The notes: a model not told the origin generated them from the letters alone. A DNA stretch of 64,000 bases from Felis catus (GCF_018350175.1 NC_058368.1:19098001-19162000), one strand, 5' to 3'. Positions 13,359 through 27,375 are shown, counted from the stretch's first letter. Numbers and translations: made by a program.

Positions 13359-14184
13359 CTACAAGAAATGATGCATGGATCATATTTCTATGCCTAATAA
13401 CATAGTAAAGGATCAAGTTATGAATAAGTCATACTTTTGTATTATAAATTCCTTATCCACCTTTAAAAGGTTTCTGACCGGCTCTTGCTGCTGTAAGAAT
13501 ATTAAGAGTCTGAAAAACAGAGATAGTAGTGGTTTGTCCACCTTGAGTAACCTAAGCACAACTTATTTGGGTCTAACAGACCTTACTTTTAATTTTCTAT
13601 CAGGCTATTCATCATGTTATCATAGGGTAGAGAGACACCACAGAGCAGAAGCAAAAGTGGCCAACCCGAGTGCTTGCCTCCTGGAAATGTCTATTTAATA
13701 TACAGGAAAAGTCAAGAGAGGCAGAGTAGTAAACTGGGATATATCTGCTTTCTACAGGGTTTTGCTCTTTGAGCGTATTTCCCCTTGTCTATTGACTACT
13801 TGCATTTTTTTTAAATTTGGGCTTTGCTGTCCTCGTACCCCACTCCTAGTGAATTAGAAATGTATTCGTTGAATTGCCTGTCTTCAAAACACGAGCTGGC
13901 AGGAAAAATAGAAGTATTTTCCTAAACCTAATACCATTAGGGCAGATTCTACCTCCCATGGCTCTGCCTCCACTTAAGCCTCCTGCCTCCCTCACCAGGG
14001 CATGTATGCCGTTGATCGGTCTTTTCCTACCAAATAGAGCCAGTGCAACACAGAGATTTTCAAACTCACTTTCCACCGCCACCAAATACTTATGATTAAA
14101 TGACATGTAAAAGCAGAATCATCTTCTTTTATGCAGTGATCTGCTTTCCGTTGATGGTAGCAAACTATCTGACTATGTACATAC

Positions 14185-14245
14185 TGCATAGATTATAGAC
14201 TTGATAGTGGTCTTGATGTTTGGTATCCAGGAACCGCACAACTTC
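14185..14245 (-). CDS. TPTE2: TPTE2 exon, phosphatase domain
   Basis: ttctag|GAAGTTG...ATGCA|gtatgt; 61 nt; EVVRFLDTKHQDHYQVYNLC. Confidence 0.96.
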
Positions 14246-14335
14246 CTAGAAAAAATAGGCACACATGTTACATAAATGCACATGGCACCAACATAAACCA
14301 TTCCTTAGGAGGAAGCTGAAATGGTCATAACCTTT

Positions 14336-14451
14336 TTTTTTCTTTTGAAGTTTATTTATTTATTTTGAGAGAGAGAGAGAGCACAAGAGGGGGGGTAGGA
14401 GCAGAGAAAAAGGGAGAGGGAGAGGGAGAGGGAGAGGGAGAGGGAGAGGGA

Positions 14452-14501
<50 letters not shown>

Positions 14502-14620
14502 ATCCCAAGCAGGCTCTGCACTAAGAGTGCACAAGGGGCTAAAACTCAGGAACTGTGAGATCATGACCTGAGCCAAAAAAAGCAGTTGGATGCTTAACCG
14601 ACTGAGGCACCCAGGTGCCC
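14336..14620 (-). mobile_element. Can-SINE with expanded (GGGAGA)n(GA)n tract
   Basis: Reverse SINE. TSD ggtcat(a/t)acctttt. About 90 bp from a TPTE2 acceptor. Confidence 0.93.
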
Positions 14621-15253
14621 TTGGTCATTACCTTTTATTCACTTGTCCCTCACTTGGCAGCTTTTAGGGGAGATTTAGGGAATATAAGAGTATGCAAATT
14701 CCAAGTCCCATCTCATCCACTGATGGTTTTCAAATAGCCTACAAAGTTGTGCTTGACTACTCTGATTAACCTCTACTATAAATACACACTGTTTAAAGCT
14801 ACCAGAGAAAGTAAACTGGCTTTAAGTAAATTTGTTCTGAATTATAAATTCACAGTAGTATATGGTTCTTATTTTCTGAATAGGTTTTTTTAGATAATGA
14901 GTTGGATATCATAATCTATGTATGCACTGTTTAAATGAATAAATGCAAAAATGTACAGTATGATTGTGTGTGATATGCATGACACTGGACATGTGTGATA
15001 TACATGATGTGATATTGTATGATTATGGTATTATATGCATGATAGAAAAATAAATATTTTTATTATATTAAATTATTAATTATATTAAATTTTAGTTAAG
15101 TGGTGGCAATATGGAGATTTTTGGGGGGTCATCTGTGTTTTCATATTTTCTAAAATGAATACACACGTGTGCATATGTGCATATATGTATATAGACACAA
15201 ATTTGTGCATATATGTGTAACTTTTCAAATAGACATTATTTAAAATGGTTCCT

Positions 15254-15477
15254 GGGGCGCCTGGGTGGCGCAGTCGGTTAAGCGTCCGACTTCAGCCAGG
15301 TCACGATCTCGTGGTCCGTGAGTTCGAGCCCCGCGTCGGGCTCTGGGCTGATGGCTCAGAGCCTGGAGCCTGTTTCCGATTCTGTGTTTCCCTCTCTCTC
15401 TGCCCCTCCCCCGTTCATGCTCTGTCTCTCTCTGTCCCAAAAATAAATAAACGTTAAAAAAATTAAAAAAAAAATAA
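15254..15477 (+). mobile_element. Young SINEC_Fc-type SINE
   Basis: Perfect TSD taaaatggttcct at 15241-15253 and 15478-15490. Confidence 0.96.
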
Positions 15478-15499
15478 TAAAATGGTTCCTATCACCATC

Positions 15500-16540
15500 C
15501 TAATACAATATTTCCAGCAAATTTATCCATCTGAAATACACACATGTGCATGTCTCTGTACAACAAAAGGACTATAAAAAAGCTCAAAAATTGAGGACTA
15601 TAGTACCCTGAGCAATGTTTACTGGCTTCGTATTGGGGAAAAGACAAATTAAGATATCAAACTGATCAATTGGTTAAATTGTCAGGAGGAAATAGTAAGT
15701 CAAAAAGATAAACACTTCAAGTCTGCATAATACTGGAATGGGGGGGCTAAATAGACTCATACACATCAAAAATTCATGAGCTCCTTTACCCCAAAATAAA
15801 ATCCAGATTGATTGAGGAATATAAAGAAAATTTAAGCGAATATTAACCAGTTCTTTGGATAAGAAAAAGCACTGTTAAATCAGTGGAAGATCAACAGACA
15901 ACAGATTTAGGTTTGACTTTACAAAAATTTGAAATTTCTATTTTAAAAAAATGTTACAGTACAACAAACATTAATACGGGAGAATATTTTTCAGATAAAA
16001 AATTGAGTGAAAGGGGACTATGCCTAGTATTATCTATACATTAGTTATACTAGTATAAACTAGTAACTTATAATAACAATTTAAATAGTATTCTGTCAAC
16101 CTATAGACAAGTGGATCTAGGACATAAATAAAATCATAGAAGAGAAAATCTAACTGTGTAACAACCTACCTAGATAAATATTCAGCCTCACCAATAAAGA
16201 AGTCTAAAACAACAATAAAATCCCATTTTCACCCATGAAATTAGCCTTTTCCTTTTTAATGACAAAATCCAATGCTGGCAAAGATGGCATGAAAATAAAA
16301 CATTTGATTCATTGTTAACACAATCCCTTGGATTTGGCAATATATTTTGAGAACCCTAAAAATACTCAATGCTCCATAACCAAGTAACTTTACTCCTAGG
16401 AATCTATCCAGAAAAGGTTTTATGTCTTTGTGTCTTTATGCCTCTGTTGTGGCATTAGTAATATTGGTGACATCTAAATACCCAACATTCGAGGTTGATT
16501 ACAGCACTAATGAAATATAATGCAACCATTAGAATACCGT
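15500..16540 (+). mobile_element. Ancient L1M 3' ORF2/UTR fragment
   Basis: Degenerate L1 blocks: aaatattcagcctcacc, ctcctaggaatctatcc. Confidence 0.65.
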
Positions 16541-16899
16541 CTTGCCCTTCATTCCTTCAACAAATATGTCACAGTGGTTACTTTATGTGCAACCTTCTTT
16601 AGTATACACACACTTAACGATAGTATTTTATTTTTTATGAAAAAATTAATATGCCTGGATGGCTAAGCCTTGGGATTTAAAAAAATCACCTTCATAGTTC
16701 TCTATATGTCTAAAAAAAACTCAAGAATTTGAGTTTTTTCCAAGAGTCCATTCTTGACTCAATACATAGACAATTTACTGCTGTGTTTTCTGATTTAAAT
16801 AGTTTATCTGAAGACTCCAAATACCTCTTAAACTAATTAGCTGAATAGAGACAAAAAGCATATAAAAGAAAGTTCAACTCTGCCAAGAAGCACATTTTT

Positions 16900-17290
16900 A
16901 AAAAAATTTCAAGTTTTTAAATTCTAGTTAGTTAACATATATGGTAAAATTGGTTGCAGATGTAGAATTTAGTGATTTACCACTGACATATAACACTCAG
17001 TGTTCATCACAAGTACCCTCCTTAATACTCGTCAACTATTTAGCCCATCCCCCCCCATCCCTCCATCAACCCTTGTTTTGTTCTCTGTGTTAAGTCTCTC
17101 TTATGGTGGTTTGCTTCTCTTTTTTCCCCTTCCCTCTGCTCATCTCTTTTGTTTCTTAAATTCCACCTATGAGTGAAATCACATGGTATTTGTCTTTCTC
17201 TAAATTATTTTTGCTTAGAATACACTCTAGTGTCATTCATGTCATTGCAAATATCAAGATTTCATTCTTTTTGATGGTTGAGTAATATCA

Positions 17291-17334
<44 letters not shown>

Positions 17335-17535
17335 ACATGTATATATCTTCTTTATCCATTCATCGGCCAGTGGATTTTTTGGTTCTTTCCACAATTTGGC
17401 TATTGTTGATAATGATGCTATAAACATCGGGGTGCCTATGCCCTTTCAAACCAGTATTTTTGTATCCTTTGGGTAAATATGTGGTAGCACAACTGCTGTG
17501 TCATAGGGTAGCTCTGGTTTTAACTTTTTGAGGAA
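16900..17535 (-). mobile_element. Truncated felid/carnivore L1 3' end with internal (TG)n at 17293-17331
   Basis: Reverse L1 3'UTR. TSD-like aagaa.c.acattttt flanks. Confidence 0.9.
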
Positions 17536-17549
17536 GAAACTACATTTTT

Positions 17550-19230
17550 GAGGATAGATGGATAGTTTCCATCCTCAAACAGAATAAAGAATATCCAACT
17601 GAACCCAGGTCAAAAACTAAAAGATAATTAAGATTTTTAGGACTGTAGGTAATGTAGATCTCCTTTTTCTCAATAGCTCAGCCTTTGCATGGGTTTACTA
17701 AATTTACAATTCCTGAAACTCTTCCTTGGGATGTGAAAGCGAAAAACGCTGTCTACTCGTTGAAAGACTTTTTGTAACAAAAAGGCTTTGGGTATCCTGA
17801 ATGTGCCAAACCCTTCTCTCTGGTGTGTTCACACAATATTAACTCAAATATTACCTAAACAGAACACCTTAGACCAGAAGCCTATTGTCTACCTTAGCAT
17901 TTTCCTTGATTTGGAGATGAAGGTACACCCTTATTGCTAGAATGTGGTAGCAACAGTGGCCAGGCTGTTGACACTCCCACGAGAGTGCTTGCTTCTTCAT
18001 CCCCACATATGTACAATCCTTGCTACTTCTAGGCAACACTTGACATTTCTGTTAGCAAATTTACCACTTATGAATTTCCACTGTTTGCTCTGCATATTAC
18101 TATTCACTGTTGTTAACAATATAATTCTGCAAATGTATTCTCTCTTAAGAGTGAAGGGGAACCACATGATTGCTTAGCATTCTGTCGGGAGTTAATTATG
18201 CCAAGATCTGAATCTTGCACTCTTTAGTCAGACTTGAGTTAGATTAGTTTGCAGATGGCTTTTATCTTAAAAATGACAAAGGCATCCTCTGTGCAGGATT
18301 TGTGTTGTTATCATTGAACACGCAAGCACTGAAGCCGTTCCATTGCTGAATTCTCAGTCTGCCGAGGTAGCTGACCTAATAGCTCAGACATGAGCCTGCA
18401 TTCTGGCAAAAGAGGGGGCCAAATATTCATATGCAGTCAAATGCTTTACCCCTGAGCCATATCCCATAAATATTCATATGGATAGTAGATATGCTTTTGG
18501 GGTGGTTCATGATTTATGGATTTTATGAAAACTGATGATTTATTACCTCTTCTTCACATATGTTGATTGAAAATGATAAAAAGATCATGACTTATTAGAA
18601 TGTCATCAATATCCTATGGAGATAACACTGTAATAATGGAAAAAAAAATCAATAGTCTAGAGACCACCCTAGAAACCAAGAGTAATGTCTTTGCTTTGAC
18701 TTACAAGCTAATGAAGTTTGTGGCTTTTTAACACCCTAGCTAATATTAAGTGTTGCTAAATTTATGTTTATCACCACCAAATCGACAAAAGAAAAGTGAA
18801 CCAATTTAGATGAGTTATAATTAATTCATAGTCATCAGCTCAACTTACTGAAAAGCAATATTGGCAAAGAATGCTTTATTCCTAGACATAGATTCTGGAA
18901 ATTTGAGGGTGACTGTCTTGAAGTGACATGATCCATCCAATGGGTACTGGTCAAATTACTCCAAAACTATTCCCATATGGGAAGAATAAAGTAGTTTATC
19001 CTTTCATTCAACAGAGGTTTAGAAAATTTTTCAAAATTGGCAAAGTAGTAGAATCATGTCTTATTCATAAACAGCATAACATAGATAAGATACAGTTCAC
19101 ACTCTCCTCAAGACCTTTTTGAACATTTACAAATGGATTTTATTCAACTGCCCCAATCTCAAGACTACAAATATGTACTAGTTATTGTTTGAAAAATTTT
19201 TGCATGTATAGAAGAGTTTCCATGTCTTAG
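17550..19230 (+). mobile_element. Decayed class I (ERV1) pol fragment: RT connection, RNase H, integrase
   Basis: SAEVADLIA..ACILAK (about 18358), NIHMDSRYAFGVVHD (about 18469), FEHLQMDFIQLPQSQDYKYVLVIV (about 19118). Many stops. Confidence 0.88.
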
Positions 19231-19334
19231 GATAAGTAGAATGATTTCATTTATTGTCCAAATACTTTGTCCTTCCCTGCATCTACCTTGTACTGCCCTT
19301 GCTCTCCAACATTGTGCTCTATCACATGAGTTGG

Positions 19335-19510
19335 TTTAGTCAGTGGAATGCCACAATGCAGGAACTTGCAAAAGCCTTTTGCAAGATTCCACTCCACCTC
19401 TTACCTTTTGTCATCACATAAGAACACACCCAGGCTAGTCTAATGGAGGATGAAAATATGTGGAGCAGATATGAGGTACCCCAGGTAAGGTCATTGTAGA
19501 CCAGCTGATA
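19335..19510 (+). mobile_element. MLT1-like MaLR LTR fragment
   Basis: aagaacacacccaggctagtc...gaggatgaaaatatgtggagcaga...tagaccagc, similar to the copy at 35135. Confidence 0.6.
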
Positions 19511-20139
19511 AGGAAAATTGAGATTCCATTCCAAGGTGGTGATATAAGAAGACTCTGAACTCATCTTCTCCATGGACCATATTTATACATACTAATAAAA
19601 TAATTCCTCTTGCAGAACTGAGGGCTGACTGAACAGCTTCCGCACAACAAAAGGTAGACAAATCACACAGAGAGCAGCAAGAAAGAGGGAGACACAGTAA
19701 TGATGCTGTAAACTGTGGGTCCAAGAAGAGATTCATCTGCCCTGGGGCACAGAAAAAAGCCATAGTTTAAAAGGGCCACTAGAATATAAAACATCTAGCC
19801 CTACAATTCTGCCAAATGATGGGGGAATTCCTAGAAATCTCTCTGGATTGGACAGGCTGTTCCATGTCATGGTTTATGTCCCCCCTTCACCTTGGTAGTG
19901 TGGATAGGAGCGGGGTCTGGATACACAAGCCAGTATGTAACCCCAGTGAGCCCTGGGCCCCTAGCCCACGTGAGCCCTAGTCATCCCACCGAGGTGGCCC
20001 CAGTAAGGCACACACCAGGACACTCCTGGTAGGCACCCACTACACTTCTAGCCATTGCATCAAAGTCACATGGGTGCAAAGCATTCTGAAATACTGCAGG
20101 CCCACACTACATTGACCTCAGATGGCTTGCTAAGGCACC

Positions 20140-20640
20140 TGTAGCACAGTGTGCTCTGGGACCTCCTGGCTCATAACTGCTTTGGCTCCAGCCAACTTGT
20201 CAGAGCACCCTCTGCACTGCAGTGAGCACCCTGGGACACCCTGACCTACACCCACCTCAGCTTCAGCAGTCCTGCCAGGGCACCCTCTGTGTGGAGACCC
20301 TAGGACACCCTGGCTGGCACCCACTTCAGTAACAGCTGCCCTGCCAGGGTGCCACTTGTGTGGAGTGTCCCAAGACCTCCCAGTTTGTGCCCCACCTCAA
20401 CCTAGCCACCCTGCCAGGGCACTTTCTGCATGGAGAGCCATGGGCACACTGGCTGGCACTGACTTCAGCTATCCTGCCAGGATGCTCTGTGCACGTAGCA
20501 CCCTGGGACCCTCTGTTGGCACCCATTTCAACTTCAGCTGTCCTGCCAGGGCACCGTGTGTGGACATCCCCAGGAATGACCTAGCTCAGATTCACTTCAC
20601 CTGTGGCCACCCCCTAGGGCAGCCCCAGCATGGAGTGCCC
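20140..20640 (+). repeat. Degenerate tandem array, about 70-bp period, inside the L1 5'UTR
   Basis: cctgccagg core at 20271, 20340, 20410, 20473, 20542. Confidence 0.88.
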
Positions 20641-21635
20641 TACCCACTGAACATACAAACCACAACTCTAGCCAGCCCCTCAAAGTCACTAGACACACAC
20701 AGTGTGCACAGGGGTTGACCATACACAAGACCATTCCTTCAAGTTTAGAAGTAGCTGTTCTGCCTAACTCATAGTAACAAATCCAGAAAATCAAGCAAGA
20801 TGGGGAGACAATATGCTTCAAAATACTGAACAAGACAAAACCTTGAAAAAAAATTCAATGAAACAGAGGTAAGAAATATGCCTGATAAAGAATTTAAAGA
20901 TATGATCATAAAGATGCTCATTGGACTGTGGATAAAAGTGGAAGACCTTGAAGAGAACTTCAAAAGAGAGAAAACAAAAAGGAACCAATCAGAGTTTAAG
21001 AATATAATCTTAAAAAATCAACAGTTGGCTAGCTAAAGCTGAAAAGATCAGTGATCTAGAAGATAGAGAAATGGAAAGCACACAAGTCAAACAGCATAAA
21101 GAAAAAAGAATTTTTTAAAATGAGGATACATTAAGGGATCTCGTGGTCAACATCAAGCAAGCAAACATTTGCTCTACAGGGGTCCCAGAAGAAGAAGAGA
21201 GAGAAAGTAGAAGACATATTTGAAGAAATAATAGCTGAAAACTTCCCTAACCTGGGAAAGAAAGTAACATCCACATTCAGGAAGCACAGAGAATTCCAAA
21301 CAGGATGAACGCAAGGAGGTCCACACCATAACACAGAATAATTAAAATGTCAAATGTTACAGATAAAGAGAATTTTAAAGGCAGCAAGAGAGAAGCAAAA
21401 AGTTAAATACAAAGAAAACTCCAGTAAGACTATCAGCTGATTTTTCAGCAGAAAGTTTGCAGCCCAGAAGGGAGTGGCATGATATATTCAAAGTGCTGAA
21501 AGGAAAACACCTGCAACTAAGAATACTCCACCAGCAAGGCTTTCATTCAGAACTGAAGGAGAGATAGAATTTCTCAGTCAAAGCAAAAGGAGTTCATCAC
21601 CACTAAACCAGCTCTATAAGAAATGTTAAAGGGAC

Positions 21636-21862
21636 TTTTTTTAAAAAATTTTTTTAACTTTTTTTAAAATTTATTTTTGAGACAGGGAGAGACAGAGCAT
21701 GAACAGGGGAGGGTCAGAGAGAGGGAGATACAGAATCTGAAACAGGCTCCAGGCTCTGAGCTGTCAGCACAGAGCCCGACGCGGGGCTCGAACTCATGGA
21801 CCGCGAGATCATGACCTGAGCTGAAGTTGGCCGCTTAACCGACTGAGCCACCCAGGTGCCCC
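21636..21862 (-). mobile_element. SINEC_Fc-type SINE
   Basis: Reverse SINE; TSD taaagggacttttt. Confidence 0.95.
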
Positions 21863-22253
21863 ATAAAGGGACTTTTTAAAGTAGAAACAAAAAGGCCATA
21901 ATTAGAAGAAAATTATAAATAAAAAGATATAAAGTATGACAACATATACATAAAACATGGAGAAAGGAGTAAAAAAATTCCTTTAGAATATGTTAGAACT
22001 TAAATAATCATCAACTTAATATAGACGGTTATATACTTAGAATGTTATATACAAACTTCATGGTAAACACAAACCTAAAACCTATAATAGATACACAAGA
22101 AAAGAGAGCCAAGCATAACACTACAGAAAGTCATAAACTGAAGGAAAGAGAGGAAGATGAAATAACAGAGAAGAACTATAAAAACAACCAGAAAACAATA
22201 AAAATGCCAATAAGTTCACACTGAAAATAATTACTTTAACTGTAAATGGTCTA

Positions 22254-22465
22254 GGGGTGTCTGGGTGGCAATAGTTAGTTAAGTGTCCAACTCTTGATCT
22301 CCACTGAGATCATGATCTCACAGTTTGTGAGTTCAAGCCTGGCATCTGGCTGTGCGCTGATGGCATGGAGCCTGCATGGGATTCTGTCTCTCCTCTCTGC
22401 CCTGCCTCACTTGCGCTTTCTCTCTCTCTCTAAATAAATAAATAAACTTAAAAACAATTTTTTAA
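22254..22465 (+). mobile_element. Can-SINE
   Basis: Head, CT tract and A tail; TSD tgtaaat.gtcta. Confidence 0.92.
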
Positions 22466-23272
22466 AATGTAAATTGTCTAAATGCTCCAATCCAGAGGCA
22501 TAGGGTGGCAGAATGGATGAAAAACAAGACTCATATATATTTTGCCTACAAGATACTCACTTCAGATATAAGGATACACTCAAACTGAAAGTGAATGGAT
22601 GGAAAAGATATTTCATGCAAAAGGAAGTGGGAGAAAAATCCACAGTAGCAACATTTATATCACAAAGTAGACCTTAAAGACTAACAAGAGACAAAGAAGG
22701 GCATTGCATAATGATAAAAGGAGTCAGTTGAACAAGATGACATAACAATTATAAATATCTATGTACCCAATAACGGAGAACCTAAATATGTAAAGCAATT
22801 TTTAACACATAGAGTAAGAAAGAGTAATAAAATGATAGTAGGAGACTTTAACACAGCACTTACATCACTCTGGTAGATTATATAGGCAGAAAATCAATAA
22901 GAAAACAGTATTTTTGAACAACACATTAGGTCACATGGACTTAAAAGATAAATACAGAGCATGCCATACAAATACAACACAACACACATTCTTTTTATAT
23001 GCACACAGAACATTCTCCAGGATAGATCACATAGTAGGCTACAAAACAAGTCTCAATAAATTTAAAAAGATTGAACCATATTATATATCTTTTCTAATCA
23101 CAATGGGATGAAATAGAAATCAATCATAAGAAAAAAATTGGAAAACCAAATAGGTGGAAGCTAAGCAACATGCCACTAAACAACAAATGAGTCGACAAGA
23201 AAAACAAAGACCAAAGTTAAACATACATGGAAACAAATGAAAATGAAAATACAATGGTCTAAAATCTTTGAA

Positions 23273-23498
23273 GGGCACCTGGGTGGCTCATTCAGTTAAG
23301 CATCTGACTTCAGCTCCGGTCATGATCTCACAGTTCATGGGTACAAGCCCACACATCGGGCTCAGTGATGACAGCTCAGAGTTTGGAGCCTGCTTCTGAT
23401 TCTGTGTCTCCCTCTCTCTCTGCCCCTCCCTTTCTTGTACTCTCTCTGTCTCTCTCAAAAAAAAAAAACATTAAAAAAATTTTTTAATAAAAAAATAA
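23273..23498 (+). mobile_element. Can-SINE
   Basis: Head, CT tract and A tail. Confidence 0.92.
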
Positions 23499-23671
23499 AA
23501 GTTTTGAGACCTAGAGAAAATAGTCCTAATGGGGAATATTTATAGAGATACCAGCTGACCTGAAGAAATAAGAAAAACTTCAGTTTAAACTTACCTAAAC
23601 TTACCTACTAGAAAAAGAAAAATAAAGCCCAATACTAGTAGATGGAAGGATTTAATAAAAATCAGAACAGA

Positions 23672-23870
23672 GGGGCACCTGGGTAGATCAGTCAGTTAAG
23701 TGTCTAACTCTTCATTTCAGCTCAGGTCATGACCTCGCATTTGTGACATCAAGCCCCATCTCTGGTTCCACACTGGATGTGGAGTGTACTTGAGATCTTG
23801 AGATTCTCTCTTCCTCTCCCTGTGCCCCTTCCCTACTAGTGCCTTTTTTGTTTTTTTTTTGTTTTTTTAG
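23672..23870 (+). mobile_element. Can-SINE ending in a T-rich tract
   Basis: Head and CT tract, then a T run; TSD-like aaaatca.a.ca.a. Confidence 0.85.
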
Positions 23871-25171
23871 AGAAAATCATAGCATAAATAAATGAAATAG
23901 TCTTAAAGAATAGAAAAGGTCAATGAAATGAAGAGCTGATTCTTTCAAAATGTAAAAAAAAAAAAAATCAATAAATCTTTAGTCAGACTGATCAAGAAAA
24001 AAAGGAACCAAATGAAACTAGAAACAAAAGAGGTAACAAAAAACTCTACAGAGATACAAAGGATTATAAGCAAGTACTACAAAAAAATTATATGCTAACA
24101 AATTGGATAACCTAGAAAAAATAAATGAACTCCTAGAAACGTACAATTTTCCTAAACTGAATCAGGAAGAAATGTGAATTTGAAAACCAAATTACTACTA
24201 ACAAAATTGAACTGTTAATCAAAAAACTACCAACAAACAAAATTCCAGGTCCAGATAGATTCACAGGTGAATTTACCAAATATTTAAAGAAAAGTTAATA
24301 CCAATTCTCTTTAATCTATTACAAAAAATATCAAAGGAAGGAGAGCTTTGAACTACATTCTATGAGGCCGGCATTACCCTGATACCAAAACCAGACACAT
24401 TACAAGAAAGAAAGGAAGGAAAGAAAACTACAGAACAGTATCACATAGAACATAGAAGCAAAAATTCTCAACAAAATATTATCAAACCACGTTCAATAAT
24501 ACGGTAAAAGGATCATCTACCATGATTAAGTGGGATATATTCTGGAGTTGCAAGGATGGCTCAATATTTGCAGATCAATCACTGTGATATACCAAGTCAA
24601 CAAAATGAACTATAAAAATTATATGATCATCTTGGTAGGTACAGAAAAATCATGTGACAAAATTCAACTTTCATTCATGATAAAACTAAAAAACAATGGG
24701 GTTAGAGAGCACATAACTCAACATAATAAAGGTCATATATGACAAACATACATAGTGGTGAAAAACTGAGAATTTTTCTTCTAAGATCAGAAACAAGATA
24801 GGGATGTCTACTCTCACCACTTTTATTCAACATACTAGTTACTGAAAGCTCTAGCCACAGCAATAAGACAAAGAAAAAAAAAGCATCCAAATTGGTAAGG
24901 AAGAAGTTACTGTCACTATTTGCAGATGATATGATACTACACATAGAAAATCCTAAATACCCTACCAAAAAGCTATTAGTATGTATGAATTCAGTGAAGT
25001 TGCAAGATGCAAAATTAATACATAGAAAGCCATTATGTTTTTGTACACTAATAATGAAATAGCAGAAAAAGAAAACAATTCTATTTATAATTGCACCAAA
25101 AAGAATACCTAAAAATATACTTAACAAAAGGAGGTGAAGGATCTGTTTTCTGAAAACTATAAAAGGCTGAT

Positions 25172-25375
25172 GAGGGCGCCTGGGTGGCTCAGTCAGTTAA
25201 GCATCTGACTTCGGCTCAGGTCATGATCTCACGGTTTGCGGGTTCAAGCCCCATGTTGGGCTGTCTGCTGTCAGCACAGAACCTGTTTCAGATCCTCTGT
25301 CTCCCTCTCTCTCTGTCCCTCCCCTGCTAGAGCTCTCAATCTCTATCAAAAATAAATAAACATTTAAAAAAAAAC
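25172..25375 (+). mobile_element. Can-SINE
   Basis: Head, CT tract and A tail; TSD ending ctgatga. Confidence 0.92.
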
Positions 25376-27166
25376 ACTGATGAAAGAAATTGAAGAAAAA
25401 AAAGGAGTAAATGAAGAGATATTCCAGGCTCATAGATTGGAATAATTAATCTTGTTAAAATATCCATACTCCCCAAAGCAGTCTAAGATTCAATGCAATA
25501 CCTATCAAAACACCAACAGCATCATTCACAGAACTAGAACAAATAATCCTAAAATCTGTATGGAACCATGAAGATCTCAAAAAGCCAAAGCAATCTTGAG
25601 AAAAAAGAACAAATCTGGAGGTATCACAATCCTGTATTTCAAGATACACTACAAAGCTGTTGTAATCAAAACAGTATTGTGCTAGCACAAAAATAGACAC
25701 ACAGACAAACAGAACAGAATAGAGAGCCCAGAAATAAATCCACACTTATAGGGATAATTAATCTAGGAAAAAGGAGGCACGAATATACACTGAGGAAAAG
25801 ACAGTCTCTTCAATAGGTGGTACTGACAAAATTGGACAGCTACAGGCAAAAGAATGCAATGACCACTTTCTTACACCATACACAAAAATCAACACACTGG
25901 ATTAAAGACCTAAATGTGAGACCTGAAATCATAAAACCCCTTGTGGAAAACATAGGCAATATGCTCTTTGACATCAACTATAACAATATCTTTCTAGATA
26001 TGTGTCCTCAGGCAAGGGAAACACAAGCAAATATAAACCATTGGGATTACTCCCAAATAAGAAGTTTTTGCATGGTGAAGGAAATCATCAACAAAACAAA
26101 AAAGCAAGCTACTGAATAGAAGAAGACATTTGCAAATGAAATATCTGATAAGGGGTTAATATCAAAAATACATTAAGAACTTACACAACTCAACACCAAA
26201 AAATAAATGATTCAATTGAAAATGGGAAGAAAACATGAATAGACATTTTTCAAAGACCAACAGATGACCATTCAGATGGCCAACAGACACATGAAAGATG
26301 CTGAACATCACTTATCATCAGGGAAATCAAAACCACAATGAGATATTTACACCTGTCAGAATAGCTAAAATCAAAATGACAAGAAATAACAAGTATTGAT
26401 GAGGATGTAGAGAAAAAGGAACCCTTGTGCACTGGTGATAGGAATGCAAATTGGTACAGCCACTGTGGAAAAAAGTATGGAGGTTCCTCAAAAAATTAAA
26501 AACAAAATTACTGTATGATCCAATAATTTCACTACTGGGTTACCTAAAGAAAACAAAAACACTAATTCAAAAAGATTATCTGTACCTCTATGTTTATTTC
26601 AGTATTATTCATAATAGCTAAGATGTGGAAGAAACCCAAGTGTCCATCAACAGATGAATGAATAAACAAGAGGTTGCACACACACACACACACACACACA
26701 ATACTACTGAGCCATAAAAAAGAATGAGATCTTGCCATTTGCAACAACATGGATGAACCTAGAGGGTATTTTGCTTAGTGAAAGTCAGACTGAGAAAAAC
26801 AAACACCATATGATTTTACTTGTGTTTTGAATCTAAAAACAAAACAAACAAACAAAAAGCAGAGCCAGACCCATAAATACAGAGAACAAATTGATGTTTC
26901 CCAGAGGAGAGAGGAGTGCGGGGATGGACAAAATACATGAAGGCAAGTGGGAGATACAGGCCTCCAGTTATGGAATGAGTAAGACATATGGATAAAAGGC
27001 ACAGCATAGGGAATATAGTCAATGGTATAATAGTGTTTTATGGTGACAGATGGTAACTACCCTTGTGGTGAGCACAGCATAACATATAGACTTTTCAAAT
27101 CACTATGCTGTATACCTGACACTAATGTGACATTGTATGTCAACTACACATCAGTAAAAAAAGAAA

Positions 27167-27375
27167 GAGGTGCCTGGGTAGGTCAGTCAGTTGAGCACCC
27201 AACTCTTATTTTCAGCTCAGTCATGATCTCATGGTTGTGATATTGAGACCCGCAATGCACTCTGTACAGGATATGGAGCCTGCTTAAGATTCTCTCTCTC
27301 CCTCTCCCTCTGTTCCCAGCTGCCCCCACTTGCTTGCTTGCTCTCTCTCTCAAAACAAAACAAAACAAAACAAAA
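27167..27375 (+). mobile_element. Can-SINE in the L1 poly(A) tail, with (CAAAA)n tail
   Basis: Head, CT tract and tail. Confidence 0.9.

Larger units (their letters stand above)
19525..27165 (+). mobile_element. Near-full-length inactive carnivore L1 with tandem-repeat 5'UTR
   Basis: 5' end attccaaggtggtg; ORF1 about 20780-21900; ORF2 about 22200-26780; 3' tail gtcaactacacatcagtaaaaaaa; five internal SINEs. Confidence 0.93.

Noticed and set aside
20140..20640. Repeat-spacer-like periodicity suggesting CRISPR
   Set aside because: Eukaryotic L1 5'UTR; the spacers are mutually homologous and there are no cas genes.
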